From Candidatus Eiseniibacteriota bacterium (GTDB lineage Bacteria > Eisenbacteria > RBG-16-71-46 > SZUA-252), in the NCBI GenBank assembly GCA_036505295.1, contig DASXTQ010000084.1, positions 511 through 64,510 on the forward strand: a DNA stretch of 64,000 nucleotides, written 5' to 3'. This document shows positions 41,993 to 51,301 of the stretch, in pieces. Below the pieces are notes generated by a model that was not told where the DNA came from, ran no database searches, and saw only the letters and a list, made by a program, of their open reading frames with translations. A program made the translations under genes and the position numbers. The number at the start of each line of letters is the position of its first letter. Positions within the stretch are counted from its first letter, which is position 1.

Positions 41993-43159
41993 GTGTTGCT
42001 CGACGGCGTGGGACCTATTGCCTGGAACGCGGCGGCCGGCCGCGAGCGCGGCGCCGGCTCCGGCGGCGCGGCACCGGTCTGGCCCGCCGTTCGTGTGCTG
42101 GGCCCTCTCGGCAGCGAGTCTCTGTACGTATTCCCGGCGCGGGGCTCGCGGCCGACTCTTCTCGCGTCCTGGCCGCGCCAGGACGCGATGGCGCACTCCG
42201 TCCGGATCTTCCCGAGGTACCGCTGGATCGTCACGGAAGAGCCCACGGCCTCGGACACGAGCGGGCTGCCGAGCGAGAGGCGGCATGCCCGCTTCTTCGC
42301 CCCTGGCGGCGGGTTCGTGTGGGAAACACGATCGAAGTTCGTGCCTGCCGCCCTGGGCAGGGACCTCGTGCTCGCGCCACGCCCCTCAGCCAGCGATACG
42401 ATCCCGCCGCTCGTGCGGGTGCTTCGGCTCCCGGGCGGGAGCCCTCGTTCCTCCTGGCCCGCAATCGCGGGCTGGGGATCATCCTCACCGCTCGAGAACT
42501 TCCTCGCGGCGAATACGATCGGATTGTATGACTCCGTGGGGATCCGGCAGGACGAGCTGAGGCTCCTGGATCTCGAAGGCAAGATCCTCTGGGCGCGGAG
42601 CGTCGCAGCGGATCAGCATGAGTTCGCGGTCAGCAACTTCGGAGATGTCGCGATCGCGAGGGAAAAGCAGCTCCTGGTCTTCGACCGCACGGGGGGAGAA
42701 AAGCTCCGCGTTGCGCTTCCGCGAAACAGCGTGGGCCGGACCGCGATCACCCCCGACGGCCGCTTCACCTTGGTTGCGGCCACCTCTCCCGTCGCCCATC
42801 GCGCCGAGGGCGATCTGTGGATGGGCCTCTACGAGACCACGCGAAAAACCCCGATCTGGTCGCGGCGCGACCTCGCCTCCGGCGCCGGGAAGGGCGCCGA
42901 TGTCCTCGAGCTCTCGCTCTCGGACGACGGCCAGCGCGCGTTGGTTCGCCTCTCGACGGGGCCCGTGCTGCTCTTGGGGAGCGATGGGAGGCTTCTCGCG
43001 AAATGGGTGCTGGAGCAGATCTCCCGGGGGGAGTACGACCCTGGTCTCGTCCCGCGGCGAACCTGGCTCTCCGCCGACGGCACGCTTGTCGCGTTCACGA
43101 CGCCCGTCGCCCGATCCCTCCCCGCCGCGCGCGGCTGGCTCTACCGCGTACCGCGCTAG
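41993..43159 (+). CDS. hypothetical beta-propeller-like protein (start uncertain)
   Basis: Repeated ITPDGRFTLVAAT/LSDDGQRALVRL/SADGTLVAFTTP segments. The in-frame upstream segment RIIVALLSAIVIVGTARVDASAA (signal-like) is separated from it by a TGA at 41886-41888. Confidence 0.45.
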   Translation: MLLDGVGPIAWNAAAGRERGAGSGGAAPVWPAVRVLGPLGSESLYVFPARGSRPTLLASWPRQDAMAHSVRIFPRYRWIVTEEPTASDTSGLPSERRHARFFAPGGGFVWETRSKFVPAALGRDLVLAPRPSASDTIPPLVRVLRLPGGSPRSSWPAIAGWGSSSPLENFLAANTIGLYDSVGIRQDELRLLDLEGKILWARSVAADQHEFAVSNFGDVAIAREKQLLVFDRTGGEKLRVALPRNSVGRTAITPDGRFTLVAATSPVAHRAEGDLWMGLYETTRKTPIWSRRDLASGAGKGADVLELSLSDDGQRALVRLSTGPVLLLGSDGRLLAKWVLEQISRGEYDPGLVPRRTWLSADGTLVAFTTPVARSLPAARGWLYRVPR

Positions 43160-43204
43160 CGTCCGAGGATCTCGTCGCGGGGAGCTCGTCGCGCGGAGCG
43201 CTCC

Positions 43205-43621
43205 CTAGCGTACGACGAGGGTTCCCCTCATTCCCTTCTTGGCATGGCCGTCCACGTGGCAGAAGAACGCGTACTCACCCGGCTTCGTCGGCGTAAATCT
43301 AGCGTGCTTGGTCCGATGGAAGCTCATGAAGCCCGCCCCTCGGCTCACCGAAATCCCTGCGTCACCGTCGACGCAGGTAAAGTTGTGGGGCACGAACAAG
43401 CTCTTGAAATGGAACGTCAGCTCGACCGGTTTCCCCGATTCCACGATGATGCGGCTCGGCTTGAAATAGAAGGAGTGCACGTCCACGTCGACTACTTGAA
43501 CTCCCCCCGAGTTGGTCCTCGCCGTCATCTCGCTTACCGGGATCTTGCTTCCGGAAGTGCCGCAGCCGTTCCAGAAGGGCAACAGGAGAAGGAGGGCGAG
43601 CGGGATCGCGGCGCGGAACAT
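43205..43621 (-). CDS. cupredoxin-domain lipoprotein (putative copper-binding)
   Basis: Start MFRAAIPLALLLLLPFWNGCGTS. C-terminal FFCHVDGHAKKGM gives Cys/His/Met ligand spacing typical of cupredoxins. Confidence 0.55.
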   Translation of the reverse strand: MFRAAIPLALLLLLPFWNGCGTSGSKIPVSEMTARTNSGGVQVVDVDVHSFYFKPSRIIVESGKPVELTFHFKSLFVPHNFTCVDGDAGISVSRGAGFMSFHRTKHARFTPTKPGEYAFFCHVDGHAKKGMRGTLVVR

Positions 43622-43632
43622 GGAGATCCTCC

Positions 43633-44901
43633 TCAGACGGTCAGCGACTTGAATACCAGGCATGCGTTGGTTCCCCCAAAGCCAAAGGAATTTGAAATCA
43701 CCGTTCGTACCGCAATCGAGCGGCCCACGCGGGGCACATAGTCCAGATCGCACTCAGGGTCGGGATGATCCAGGTTCGCGGTTGCGGGCAAGAATCCCTC
43801 CGACACGGTGAGCGATGCGATGGCCGCTTCCATCGCCCCAGAGGCTCCGAGCGCGTGCGCGTGAAGCCCTTTGGTGCCGCTCACGGGTACGCGTCGCGCC
43901 CTGTCCCCGAGAACTTCCTTGATCGCGAGCGTCTCGGTGCGGTCGTTCAGCACCGTGGACGAGCCGTGCGCGTTCACCGCTTCGATTTCCTCCGGCAAGA
44001 GCCCCGCGTCCCGGATCGCGATCCGCATGGCGCGCGCGGCGTCACGTCCCTGCGGCTGCGGAGCCGTCATGTGGAAGGCGTCGTTCGTGGTCGCGAAACC
44101 CGCAAGCTCGGCATAGATGCGGGCGTCGCGTCGCAGCGCGTGCGCGAGATCCTCGAGGATCAGGATCGCGGCTCCCTCGGCCATCACGAACCCGTCCCGC
44201 CGGGCGTCGAAGGGCCGGGAGGCGCGCGCGGGGTCGTCGTTGGCCGTCGACATCGCCTTGATCACGGTGAACGCGGCGAAGGTGAGCGGCGCGAGCGGTG
44301 CCTCGACCCCGCCTGCGATCATTGCTCTGGCTTCACCGTCGCGAATCATCCGGAACGCCTCGCCGATCGCGATCGCTCCGGAGGCGCAGGAATTGGAGTT
44401 CCCGAGCACCGGGCCTCTCGCACCGAAGGCGATGGCGACGTTGCACGCGCCGGCCCCCGCGAAAACGCGGATCGCCAGGCTTGCCGGGACGGATCGGAGA
44501 CCGGACTCCAGAAACGCGGCGTGGTCCGCTTCCGCGCTGGGGACGCCTCCGAGCGCCGATCCGATCGTGACCCCGAGCTCGGTTTCCGGAACCGCGTGGA
44601 ATCCCTCGCCGATCGCGAGCCCGGCGTCTTCGAGGGCCAGCTGCGCCGCGGCGATGGAAAGATGACCGAAGCGATCCAACCGGCCGGCGCGCTTGGGGCT
44701 GAAGAAAGAGGCCGGGTCGAAGCCCTGGATCTCGCCCGCGATTCGCGTTCGGAGAGCGGAGGCGTCGAAGCGGGTCAGAGGTCCTACGCCGCGGCGGCCC
44801 GCGCGAACGCCTTCCCAGAAATCCTTACGGCCGGTCCCGATCGGAGTGACGACGCCGATTCCGGTCAGTGCGACGCGGCGTTTGATCGTTGGGGCGATCA
44901 T
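43633..44901 (-). CDS. fabF: 3-oxoacyl-[ACP] synthase II
   Basis: KAS family: active-site Cys region (GNSNSCASGA), His motifs and C-terminal NSFGFGGTNACLVFK. Start is MIAPTIKRRVALTGIGV. Confidence 0.85.
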   Translation of the reverse strand: MIAPTIKRRVALTGIGVVTPIGTGRKDFWEGVRAGRRGVGPLTRFDASALRTRIAGEIQGFDPASFFSPKRAGRLDRFGHLSIAAAQLALEDAGLAIGEGFHAVPETELGVTIGSALGGVPSAEADHAAFLESGLRSVPASLAIRVFAGAGACNVAIAFGARGPVLGNSNSCASGAIAIGEAFRMIRDGEARAMIAGGVEAPLAPLTFAAFTVIKAMSTANDDPARASRPFDARRDGFVMAEGAAILILEDLAHALRRDARIYAELAGFATTNDAFHMTAPQPQGRDAARAMRIAIRDAGLLPEEIEAVNAHGSSTVLNDRTETLAIKEVLGDRARRVPVSGTKGLHAHALGASGAMEAAIASLTVSEGFLPATANLDHPDPECDLDYVPRVGRSIAVRTVISNSFGFGGTNACLVFKSLTV

Positions 44902-45368
44902 GGCGCCGCGCTCCCGACCGTGCCCCTCGCGCGGTCCTCGGCCAGGACCCGGAAGCAACCGAGCGTTTTTTGGACGATAGGCTCGATGAACCCACGGGCA
45001 ATGACCTGCTCGGCGAACCAGGGCCCCAGGACCGGGACCTTGAAATCGAGATCGTGGTCGACACGCGCGCGCGTGCCCCCGCGCTCATCCGTGAAGCTCC
45101 AGAGCACCTCCATGCCTCGGGTGATTCCGCGAACGTGCCGAAACCGGATCGTGCGTCTTTGGGGATCGGCCGTCTGGAGGGCCTCCCAGAAAACAGGGAT
45201 CGGTCCGCGGCGGGCGCTCATCGCCGCGTGGGTGGTTCCGTCGTGGCGGCTCAGAATGCGGACGTAGCGATAGTGGGGCAGGATGCTTTTCCAGCCGTCC
45301 AGGTTCGAGACGAGCTCGAACAGGTCCCGGGAAGGCGCCTCGATCCAGATGGAGGTCTCCGAATGCAC
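44898..45368 (-). CDS. SRPBCC (polyketide cyclase/dehydrase-like) family protein
   Basis: 156 aa, with an N-terminal pattern resembling Bet v1-like/cyclase SRPBCC proteins (similarity weak). Overlaps the fabF start by 4 nt. Confidence 0.5.
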   Translation of the reverse strand: MHSETSIWIEAPSRDLFELVSNLDGWKSILPHYRYVRILSRHDGTTHAAMSARRGPIPVFWEALQTADPQRRTIRFRHVRGITRGMEVLWSFTDERGGTRARVDHDLDFKVPVLGPWFAEQVIARGFIEPIVQKTLGCFRVLAEDRARGTVGSAAP

Positions 45369-45372
45369 GGTT

Positions 45373-45852
45373 TCAACGCGGCCTGGGCGAGGTGACGTGG
45401 CGCTTCATCCGGTTCGCGACTTGATCGACCTTCACCCCCAGATCCTTCGCGATTTCGAGCCACCCGGTTCCCTCCGCCCGCATCGCGACCACATCGGCGG
45501 GCGTCTTCCCCATCTTGCTCGCCTTGGCGAAGCCGTAGGCCATCGCGATCTCACCGTATCCCAAACCCCACGCCCCATGCTGGAGCTTGAGAGAATCCTC
45601 GCTGGCCCCGAGCTGGGCGCTCAAGCGCTTCAGGACGGCCGCCTCTCCCTCGGGTGTCTTGGCTTCGGCGTCAATCCTCGCCACGGTTCGCTGGATGCGA
45701 TGGAGCGCGGTCTCCGGTGTGGTCTTGGTCGCCGCGGTAGCACCGGACTTTCCGGCTGCGGCGCGCGCCGGAATGAAGGTCCCCGCCACGGCGCACGCGA
45801 CCAGAGCCGCGAGCGATATTCGTAGGGCGGCTTGGATGGGGTGATGGGTCAT
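45373..45852 (-). CDS. hypothetical secreted protein
   Basis: Signal peptide. No recognisable domain. Confidence 0.4.
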   Translation of the reverse strand: MTHHPIQAALRISLAALVACAVAGTFIPARAAAGKSGATAATKTTPETALHRIQRTVARIDAEAKTPEGEAAVLKRLSAQLGASEDSLKLQHGAWGLGYGEIAMAYGFAKASKMGKTPADVVAMRAEGTGWLEIAKDLGVKVDQVANRMKRHVTSPRPR

Positions 45853-45897
45853 GGTGCGATCCTCCCTGGATTCTATCGTAGCGTGGGAACAAACGCG

Positions 45898-47745
45898 TCA
45901 GCGCAGGACGGCGATCCTCCGCTTCTCGATGCCGTCCGGGGTTTCAACGCGGAAGAAGTAGATACCGCTTCCGACCTGCCTGCCGCGGTCGTCCTCGCCG
46001 TTCCATCGCAATAATCTCTCGCCGGCCGGGTATCTTCCCTCGGCGATCGTGCGGACCAGCCTCCCGCGCACGTCAAAGAGCTGAACGCGCACGTCTCCCG
46101 GACGCGAGATCTTGAGCGCGAGGGCCGCTCCGCCCCTCGACGGATTCTTGGTGGTGAGGCGCGCGCCGGATCCTTGCGCCGCGCCGAGCGCGAGCTTGGG
46201 CGCGGACCTGGAGGCAGCGAGGCGCACCGCCTTGTCGATTTGGATCAAACCCGCTCCGTAGAGCGAATCGTGGAAACCAAACCCAAACTTATTCAACGCC
46301 GTCTCGCGCAGAGTCTGCTCGATCAAACTTTGATTTCTCATCCCGAGCGACATGAGGAGGGCGACGGCGCCCGAGACATGGGGTGCGGATGCGGAGGTTC
46401 CGAAGAAGGGAAACACGCCAAAGGAGTCCGGATTGGCGAGCGATCCCTCAGAGCGGAACGGCTTGATGCTCAGGTTGAAGACGGCGTCCTGAACGCGGTC
46501 GTCGTTCAAATCGGTGAAGTCGCCCCCGGGAGCCACGAACGACAACCCTTTCCCGAATGAGGAATAGGAGGCGATTGAATCGTTCACCCCCGTCGCCCCG
46601 ACCGAGATGACACCCGGATAGGCTGCCGGCAGGCCAATCTCGGGGAGACCGAAATTTCCAGCCGAGGCGACCACGACCACCCCATGGCTTTGCGCATGAT
46701 TGATGGCGTCTCTCAAAGGATGGAATAGGTGCGCCAGGACATTCGGCGGTAGGGTGCGATCTTGGGGCCGGCGACCCAGCGGGAAGAAACCGAGGCTCAG
46801 ATTCTCGATATTGGCGCCATGATCGGTCGCGTAGCGAATTCCCGAAACGATCGTCGACAACGTTCCCCTGGATAGGCTATCGAGCACCTTGATCGGCAGG
46901 ATGGTGACCCCGAACGCGATCCCGGCGCTGCCCGCAATATTGTTGGCCTGCCCGGCCGCGATCGTCGCGGTCATCGTGCCGTGTCCGTTGTCGTCGTTCG
47001 GGTGGTCGTCGTCATTGATGAAATCGTATCCCTGCAAGAACGGGCCGGGAAGTTCCGGTGAGCGCCGGTACATGGTCACGCCCGGCTTGACGAAGGGAAG
47101 CTCGTAGCTGGGTATTCGGTGATCCTCAAAGGCGACACCGGTGTCGATCATCGCGAGGACGATCCCGGGATCTCCGGTCACAACGTCCCACGCGTCGTAC
47201 GCACCCACGCTGCGCAGATTCCAGGTCAGATCGGGTTTCCCGATAAGAGAGTCGTTTGGGACAAAGAATCCTTGCGCGTAGGCATTCGGCACCGCGTATT
47301 CCACGTCGGGATGGGCGTTCCAGCCGTCGATCGCGTCGGGCACCGACATTCCCGGAGGAAGCTTGACCTCAACCAGTCCGTCCGGCGTCAGCATGCGCCG
47401 CGCCGTGGCACCTTTCTCGCGGATCGTGGTCATCGCGCGGTCGGTGCCCACGCCGACCCTGAACTGGACGAGCAGCTCGTCCGGGACGTAGCCAGGCGCG
47501 GGCCATACGAGCTCGGTTTCGGACGGGATGACGTTCGTGTGGGCGCGTGCCGCCGACGGGAGCAGCGAGGCCGTGAGAAGGAGCAGGAGGAGAACGGGCG
47601 TGCGAGAGCGGAGGGGCCTGCGCGTAATGGGCGGAACAGCCGGAATCACAAAACCCCCATTTGGAATGTGGAGCCTGATGCTGGGGACCGCCGGCGAGGA
47701 GAAGCGCCAGTCCAGGAGAGGGGGGAGGCGCGAATCGGCTCGCAT
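45898..47745 (-). CDS. subtilisin-like serine protease (S8) with a C-terminal sorting/Ig-like domain
   Basis: Asp (IDTGV), His (HGTMTA) and Ser (GTSASAPHVSG) catalytic triad motifs. The C-terminus ...GIYFFRVETPDGIEKRRIAVLR resembles FlgD-Ig/T9SS-type sorting domains. The start is ambiguous (47745 or GTG 47649; the track says 47928). Confidence 0.75.
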   Translation of the reverse strand: MRADSRLPPLLDWRFSSPAVPSIRLHIPNGGFVIPAVPPITRRPLRSRTPVLLLLLLTASLLPSAARAHTNVIPSETELVWPAPGYVPDELLVQFRVGVGTDRAMTTIREKGATARRMLTPDGLVEVKLPPGMSVPDAIDGWNAHPDVEYAVPNAYAQGFFVPNDSLIGKPDLTWNLRSVGAYDAWDVVTGDPGIVLAMIDTGVAFEDHRIPSYELPFVKPGVTMYRRSPELPGPFLQGYDFINDDDHPNDDNGHGTMTATIAAGQANNIAGSAGIAFGVTILPIKVLDSLSRGTLSTIVSGIRYATDHGANIENLSLGFFPLGRRPQDRTLPPNVLAHLFHPLRDAINHAQSHGVVVVASAGNFGLPEIGLPAAYPGVISVGATGVNDSIASYSSFGKGLSFVAPGGDFTDLNDDRVQDAVFNLSIKPFRSEGSLANPDSFGVFPFFGTSASAPHVSGAVALLMSLGMRNQSLIEQTLRETALNKFGFGFHDSLYGAGLIQIDKAVRLAASRSAPKLALGAAQGSGARLTTKNPSRGGAALALKISRPGDVRVQLFDVRGRLVRTIAEGRYPAGERLLRWNGEDDRGRQVGSGIYFFRVETPDGIEKRRIAVLR

Positions 47746-47830
47746 CCTACCTATATGGTACCACAGCGGCGCCCGCCAAACGAGAGAAGGGTCCCGCGGT
47801 GGGCCCCTTGAGGGAGGGTAGGGCCTGCGG

Positions 47831-48907
47831 TTAGTCGACGCGGATCCTGGCGCCTCCCGGCTCGAAAAAGAGAGCGCGGGCAGGGTCGAGGATGAGCCCC
47901 ACGATCTCGCCCGGGGCCGGAAGCGCACCGCGTGCCTCAGCCCGCACGATGTGGCGGCCCGACTCGGTCTGTACGTGAATCAGGGTGTCCCCTCCCAGGC
48001 GCTCCACGCGCTCGACCGTGCCGCGCGGCCCCGAGTCAGAGCCCTTACCGAGGACCGCGGCCTCAGGGCGGAGGCCCAGGATGACGCGGCCCGTCCGCGC
48101 GCGCCTGGCCGGCAGCGAGAAGGAGAAACCGGGCGAGCGAAAGGTGAGTGCGTCCCCGTCCGCCGCGAATTCTCCCTGGACGAGGTTGATCGCGGGATCT
48201 CCCACGAACCGGGCGACGAAGAGATCGCAAGGGTCTCGATAGATGGCGTCGGGCGTGCCGATCTGCCGGACGCTTCCGCGTTCGAACACCGCGACCCGAT
48301 TCCCGAGCGAGAGCGCCTCCTTTTGATCGTGCGTCACGTAGATGGAGGTCGTGCGCGTCAGGCGATGGAGGCGCGCCAGCTCCTCCCGCAGCTCCTGCCG
48401 CAGCTGGGCGTCGAGGCTGGAGAGCGGCTCATCAAAGAGGAAGATCCGCGGCCTTCGAACGAGCGCGCGGCCGAGCGCCACACGCTGGCGCTCGCCGCCC
48501 GATAGCTCCCGCGGTCGCTTGTGGAGATGCTCCGCGAGCCCCAAGGTCGCCGCCGCCTCGCGAACGCGCCGATCGGTCTCCTCCGCGGGGGTCTTCCGCG
48601 CGAGAAGCCCGAACCCCATGTTCTCGCGGACGGTCATGTGCGGATAGAGCGCGAGCCCCTGAAACACCATGGCCACGTCACGATCCTTGGGCTCCAGCGC
48701 GGTGATGTCCTTCCCGTCCGTCGCGATCGAGCCCGAGGTCGGTGTTTCGAGCCCCGCGACCAGGCGGAGGAGAGAGGATTTCCCGCAGCCGGACGGCCCG
48801 AGGATCGCGAGGAACTCTCCGCCCGCAATCTCGAGCGTGACGTTGTCGAGCGCGCGGACCCCGTTCGGGTAGGTGAGGGAGAGGCTCTTTAGCGAGAGGG
48901 ACGCCAT
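47831..48907 (-). CDS. ABC transporter ATP-binding protein (MalK/UgpC-type sugar import)
   Basis: Walker A GPSGCGKSS, signature LSGGERQRV and a C-terminal TOBE-like regulatory domain. No permease gene is adjacent (orphan ATPase). Likely start is MASLSLKSL (48907). Confidence 0.8.
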   Translation of the reverse strand: MASLSLKSLSLTYPNGVRALDNVTLEIAGGEFLAILGPSGCGKSSLLRLVAGLETPTSGSIATDGKDITALEPKDRDVAMVFQGLALYPHMTVRENMGFGLLARKTPAEETDRRVREAAATLGLAEHLHKRPRELSGGERQRVALGRALVRRPRIFLFDEPLSSLDAQLRQELREELARLHRLTRTTSIYVTHDQKEALSLGNRVAVFERGSVRQIGTPDAIYRDPCDLFVARFVGDPAINLVQGEFAADGDALTFRSPGFSFSLPARRARTGRVILGLRPEAAVLGKGSDSGPRGTVERVERLGGDTLIHVQTESGRHIVRAEARGALPAPGEIVGLILDPARALFFEPGGARIRVD

Positions 48908-49033
48908 GGTGCGAAAACGTACCACGAACCGGGCAGCCGCCGGTATCCGACCCGGCAGCCGGTATCCGACCCGGCAGCGCCGGGCGCTTTCGAGGTGGTG
49001 GCTGCCCCTTGAACGCTTCCTGTCCCTGGAGGC

Positions 49034-49104
49034 GGTGTTAACACCAAGTGTTGACACTATTGCATCCACCGCTAGGAGTGGTGTTAGCACCAGGTGTTGA
49101 CAGT
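49034..49104. promoter_or_regulatory. two 25-bp direct repeats GGTGTTA(A/G)CACCA(A/G)GTGTTGACA(C/G)T (49034-49058 and 49080-49104), candidate operator upstream of the ABC ATPase gene
   Basis: Read directly. Each copy holds a 10-bp palindrome GTGTTAACAC (or GTGTTAGCAC) plus a GTGTTGACA half-site. Confidence 0.5.
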
Positions 49105-49150
49105 AGCCGCGCCCGGAGAAAGTCTTGTCCCCCCGAGCGGCACGCCGGGC

Positions 49151-50257
49151 CTACTTCTTCCGCGGCTCCTCGAGCCCCGCGTCGGGACGCTTGTATTGCC
49201 CGCTGCGGATCTGACGCACGGTCTCCACCAGCTCGAGCGCCGTGTTGTGGACCTCCTGCTGCACATCGACGTCCTTGTCGAGATCGTCGTGGCTCGTGGC
49301 GTAGGGCTCGTAGTACCCGATGAACCGGTCGATGCCCGCGATCGGTCCCGCGGGGATCATCTCGAGGTCGGTCATCCAGTCGACGAGGATGCGGCGCAGG
49401 TTCTCGGCGCCCGCCGCGTCCGCGTGCACCACCACCGAGAACGCGCGCCCCGCGAGGTGCTTGGGATAGGGCCAGCCCTTGAGCTCGATCGCCTTCGCCG
49501 TCGCGGGATCCTTCCCGCGCGTGGTCGTCGGATCCGGATTGCCTCCGTCCGCGCAGACCAGCCGGTCGATCATGAGCTTCAAGACGCTCGGAGCCTGATA
49601 CCAGTTCACGGGGGTGAGGATCATCACGCCGTGCGCTGCGATCCAGCGCGGGTAGATCTCGTGCATCCAGTCGCCCGTCTGGCGGAGCGCGTGGTTCGGG
49701 TAGCACGTGCACGGCCAGTGGCAGAGCGGCTGCGCGGTCGACACACAGGCTTTGCAAGGATAGATGACGAGGCCGAATTCGCCCGTGAGCCGGCTCAGGT
49801 CCAGGAAGTCCACCTCGCAGCCTTTCTGTGCGGCGATCGCCTCGCGCGCGATCTTTGCGAGCCGGTAGGTCTTCGAGATCTCGCCGGGGCAGGTCTGGTC
49901 GCTCCGGGCGGAGCCGTTGATGACCAGGATCCTCGCAGGGGATTTCGGGTCGTCGTGGCGCGCCTGCGCCTCTTGGATCCGGCGCCGCGTCTGGAGCCAC
50001 TCCATGGGGAGCTGGAATTCCGGATCGGCGAACTCCGGGCCGGCCTTCCGGGTCCGCGGACTCTTGCGGTACCCCATGTAGGCATCCCACGCGATGTCGA
50101 TGACCTTCTCCAGATGCTCGGAGACTGTCTCGAAACCAGGATCGTTGAAGCGCTCGAGGAGGCGAGCGCGGAAGGCTTCGCGATCGAGGGTGAAGTTCTG
50201 GTCGCCCTTGACGACGCGGGGCCCGTCGCCGTCTTTCTTCCCTGAGTCAGTGGCCAT
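49151..50257 (-). CDS. flavodoxin-like fold NAD(P)H-dependent FMN reductase family protein (iron-sulfur flavoprotein-like) with an N-terminal extension
   Basis: Core ILVINGSARSDQT...PCKACVS... pattern. Confidence 0.55.
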   Translation of the reverse strand: MATDSGKKDGDGPRVVKGDQNFTLDREAFRARLLERFNDPGFETVSEHLEKVIDIAWDAYMGYRKSPRTRKAGPEFADPEFQLPMEWLQTRRRIQEAQARHDDPKSPARILVINGSARSDQTCPGEISKTYRLAKIAREAIAAQKGCEVDFLDLSRLTGEFGLVIYPCKACVSTAQPLCHWPCTCYPNHALRQTGDWMHEIYPRWIAAHGVMILTPVNWYQAPSVLKLMIDRLVCADGGNPDPTTTRGKDPATAKAIELKGWPYPKHLAGRAFSVVVHADAAGAENLRRILVDWMTDLEMIPAGPIAGIDRFIGYYEPYATSHDDLDKDVDVQQEVHNTALELVETVRQIRSGQYKRPDAGLEEPRKK

Positions 50258-50308
50258 GGATCACGTTCAATAGGGTCAGCGCCGCGAGGCGCACGATCCG
50301 AAACGCAT

Positions 50309-51301
50309 TCACACCGCGCTCGCCTCCATGATGGAAACGTCGGAGCGCGTCGGATGCACGCGCTGAAGCTCGAAGCCGGCGTGGCGCAACAGGGCATCGT
50401 ATTCCTCCCTGGTGCGCTGCAGCCCGCCCAGCAGCGTCAGCATGTGGATGTCGAGCATCTTGGACCAGTGCGGTCCCGGATCGTTCGGAACCAATTGCTC
50501 GATCACGAGCAGCGTGGCGCCGGGCTTCGCGGCGCGGCGGATCGCCTTGAATATGGCGAGCGATTCCTCATCTGCCCAGTCATGGATCACCTCCATGACG
50601 GTGTAGGCGTCCGCGGTCGGCAGAGGATCCTTGAAGAAGTCTCCGGCCTTAAGCTTGAGTCGATCGCTCGCGGCGCCGGCAGCGTCCTGGATGACATTCG
50701 GCAGGTCGAACAGGATGCCCTTCGCGGAACGATTGGACTCCAGCACCGCCTGAAGCAGGTGCCCGCGACCGCCTCCAATGTCGGCGATCGTTCCGAATCG
50801 CGAGAAATCATAGCCGGCAACGACTGCCGGGACCTGGGCCTGCGCCTTGGCCACCATCGCCTCGTCGAAGATGCAACCCTCCTCGGGATTATCCCGGAAG
50901 TGGCCCCAGAATCCGCGAGGGAGCGTCTTGGTGGTCGCCGGTTGTCCGGTCCTGACGCTGTGCTCGAATTCGCTGTAGGCATTCCAGTTCACGTGGAGGC
51001 CGAACATTCTGGCGAGCGCGCGCATCGACTGCGGATGGTCCGAGCGGAGGAGCCTCGACGCCGGAGAGTGGCGAACCTTGTCTCCGTCGATCTCGAACAC
51101 GCCGTACGCGGAAAGGAGCCGCAGAACCCTGGCGAGCGAGCCGGGGTGCGCTCCCACGGATTTCGCGAGCTCAACCGCGGTCTTTGGCTCGTTACCGAGT
51201 GCGTCGGCGACCCCGAGGTCAGCGACCGCGTGAAGGCAGCGGGGCAGGCATGCTCCTCCCGCGAGCATCACGAGCGTGTCGAAGGGGTTGGCGCCGGTCA
51301 T
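50309..51301 (-). CDS. class I SAM-dependent O-methyltransferase (dimerisation domain plus Methyltransf_2)
   Basis: SAM motif IADIGGGRGH and the plant/bacterial OMT fold. The start is ambiguous (51370, 51340, 51301 or 51268) because of overlap with the upstream ORF. Confidence 0.75.
   Translation of the reverse strand: MTGANPFDTLVMLAGGACLPRCLHAVADLGVADALGNEPKTAVELAKSVGAHPGSLARVLRLLSAYGVFEIDGDKVRHSPASRLLRSDHPQSMRALARMFGLHVNWNAYSEFEHSVRTGQPATTKTLPRGFWGHFRDNPEEGCIFDEAMVAKAQAQVPAVVAGYDFSRFGTIADIGGGRGHLLQAVLESNRSAKGILFDLPNVIQDAAGAASDRLKLKAGDFFKDPLPTADAYTVMEVIHDWADEESLAIFKAIRRAAKPGATLLVIEQLVPNDPGPHWSKMLDIHMLTLLGGLQRTREEYDALLRHAGFELQRVHPTRSDVSIMEASAV

Noticed and set aside
49034-49104. CRISPR-like direct repeats
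   Set aside because: Only two copies, a 46-bp period with a 21-bp spacer, and no cas genes. Better explained as a transcription-factor operator.
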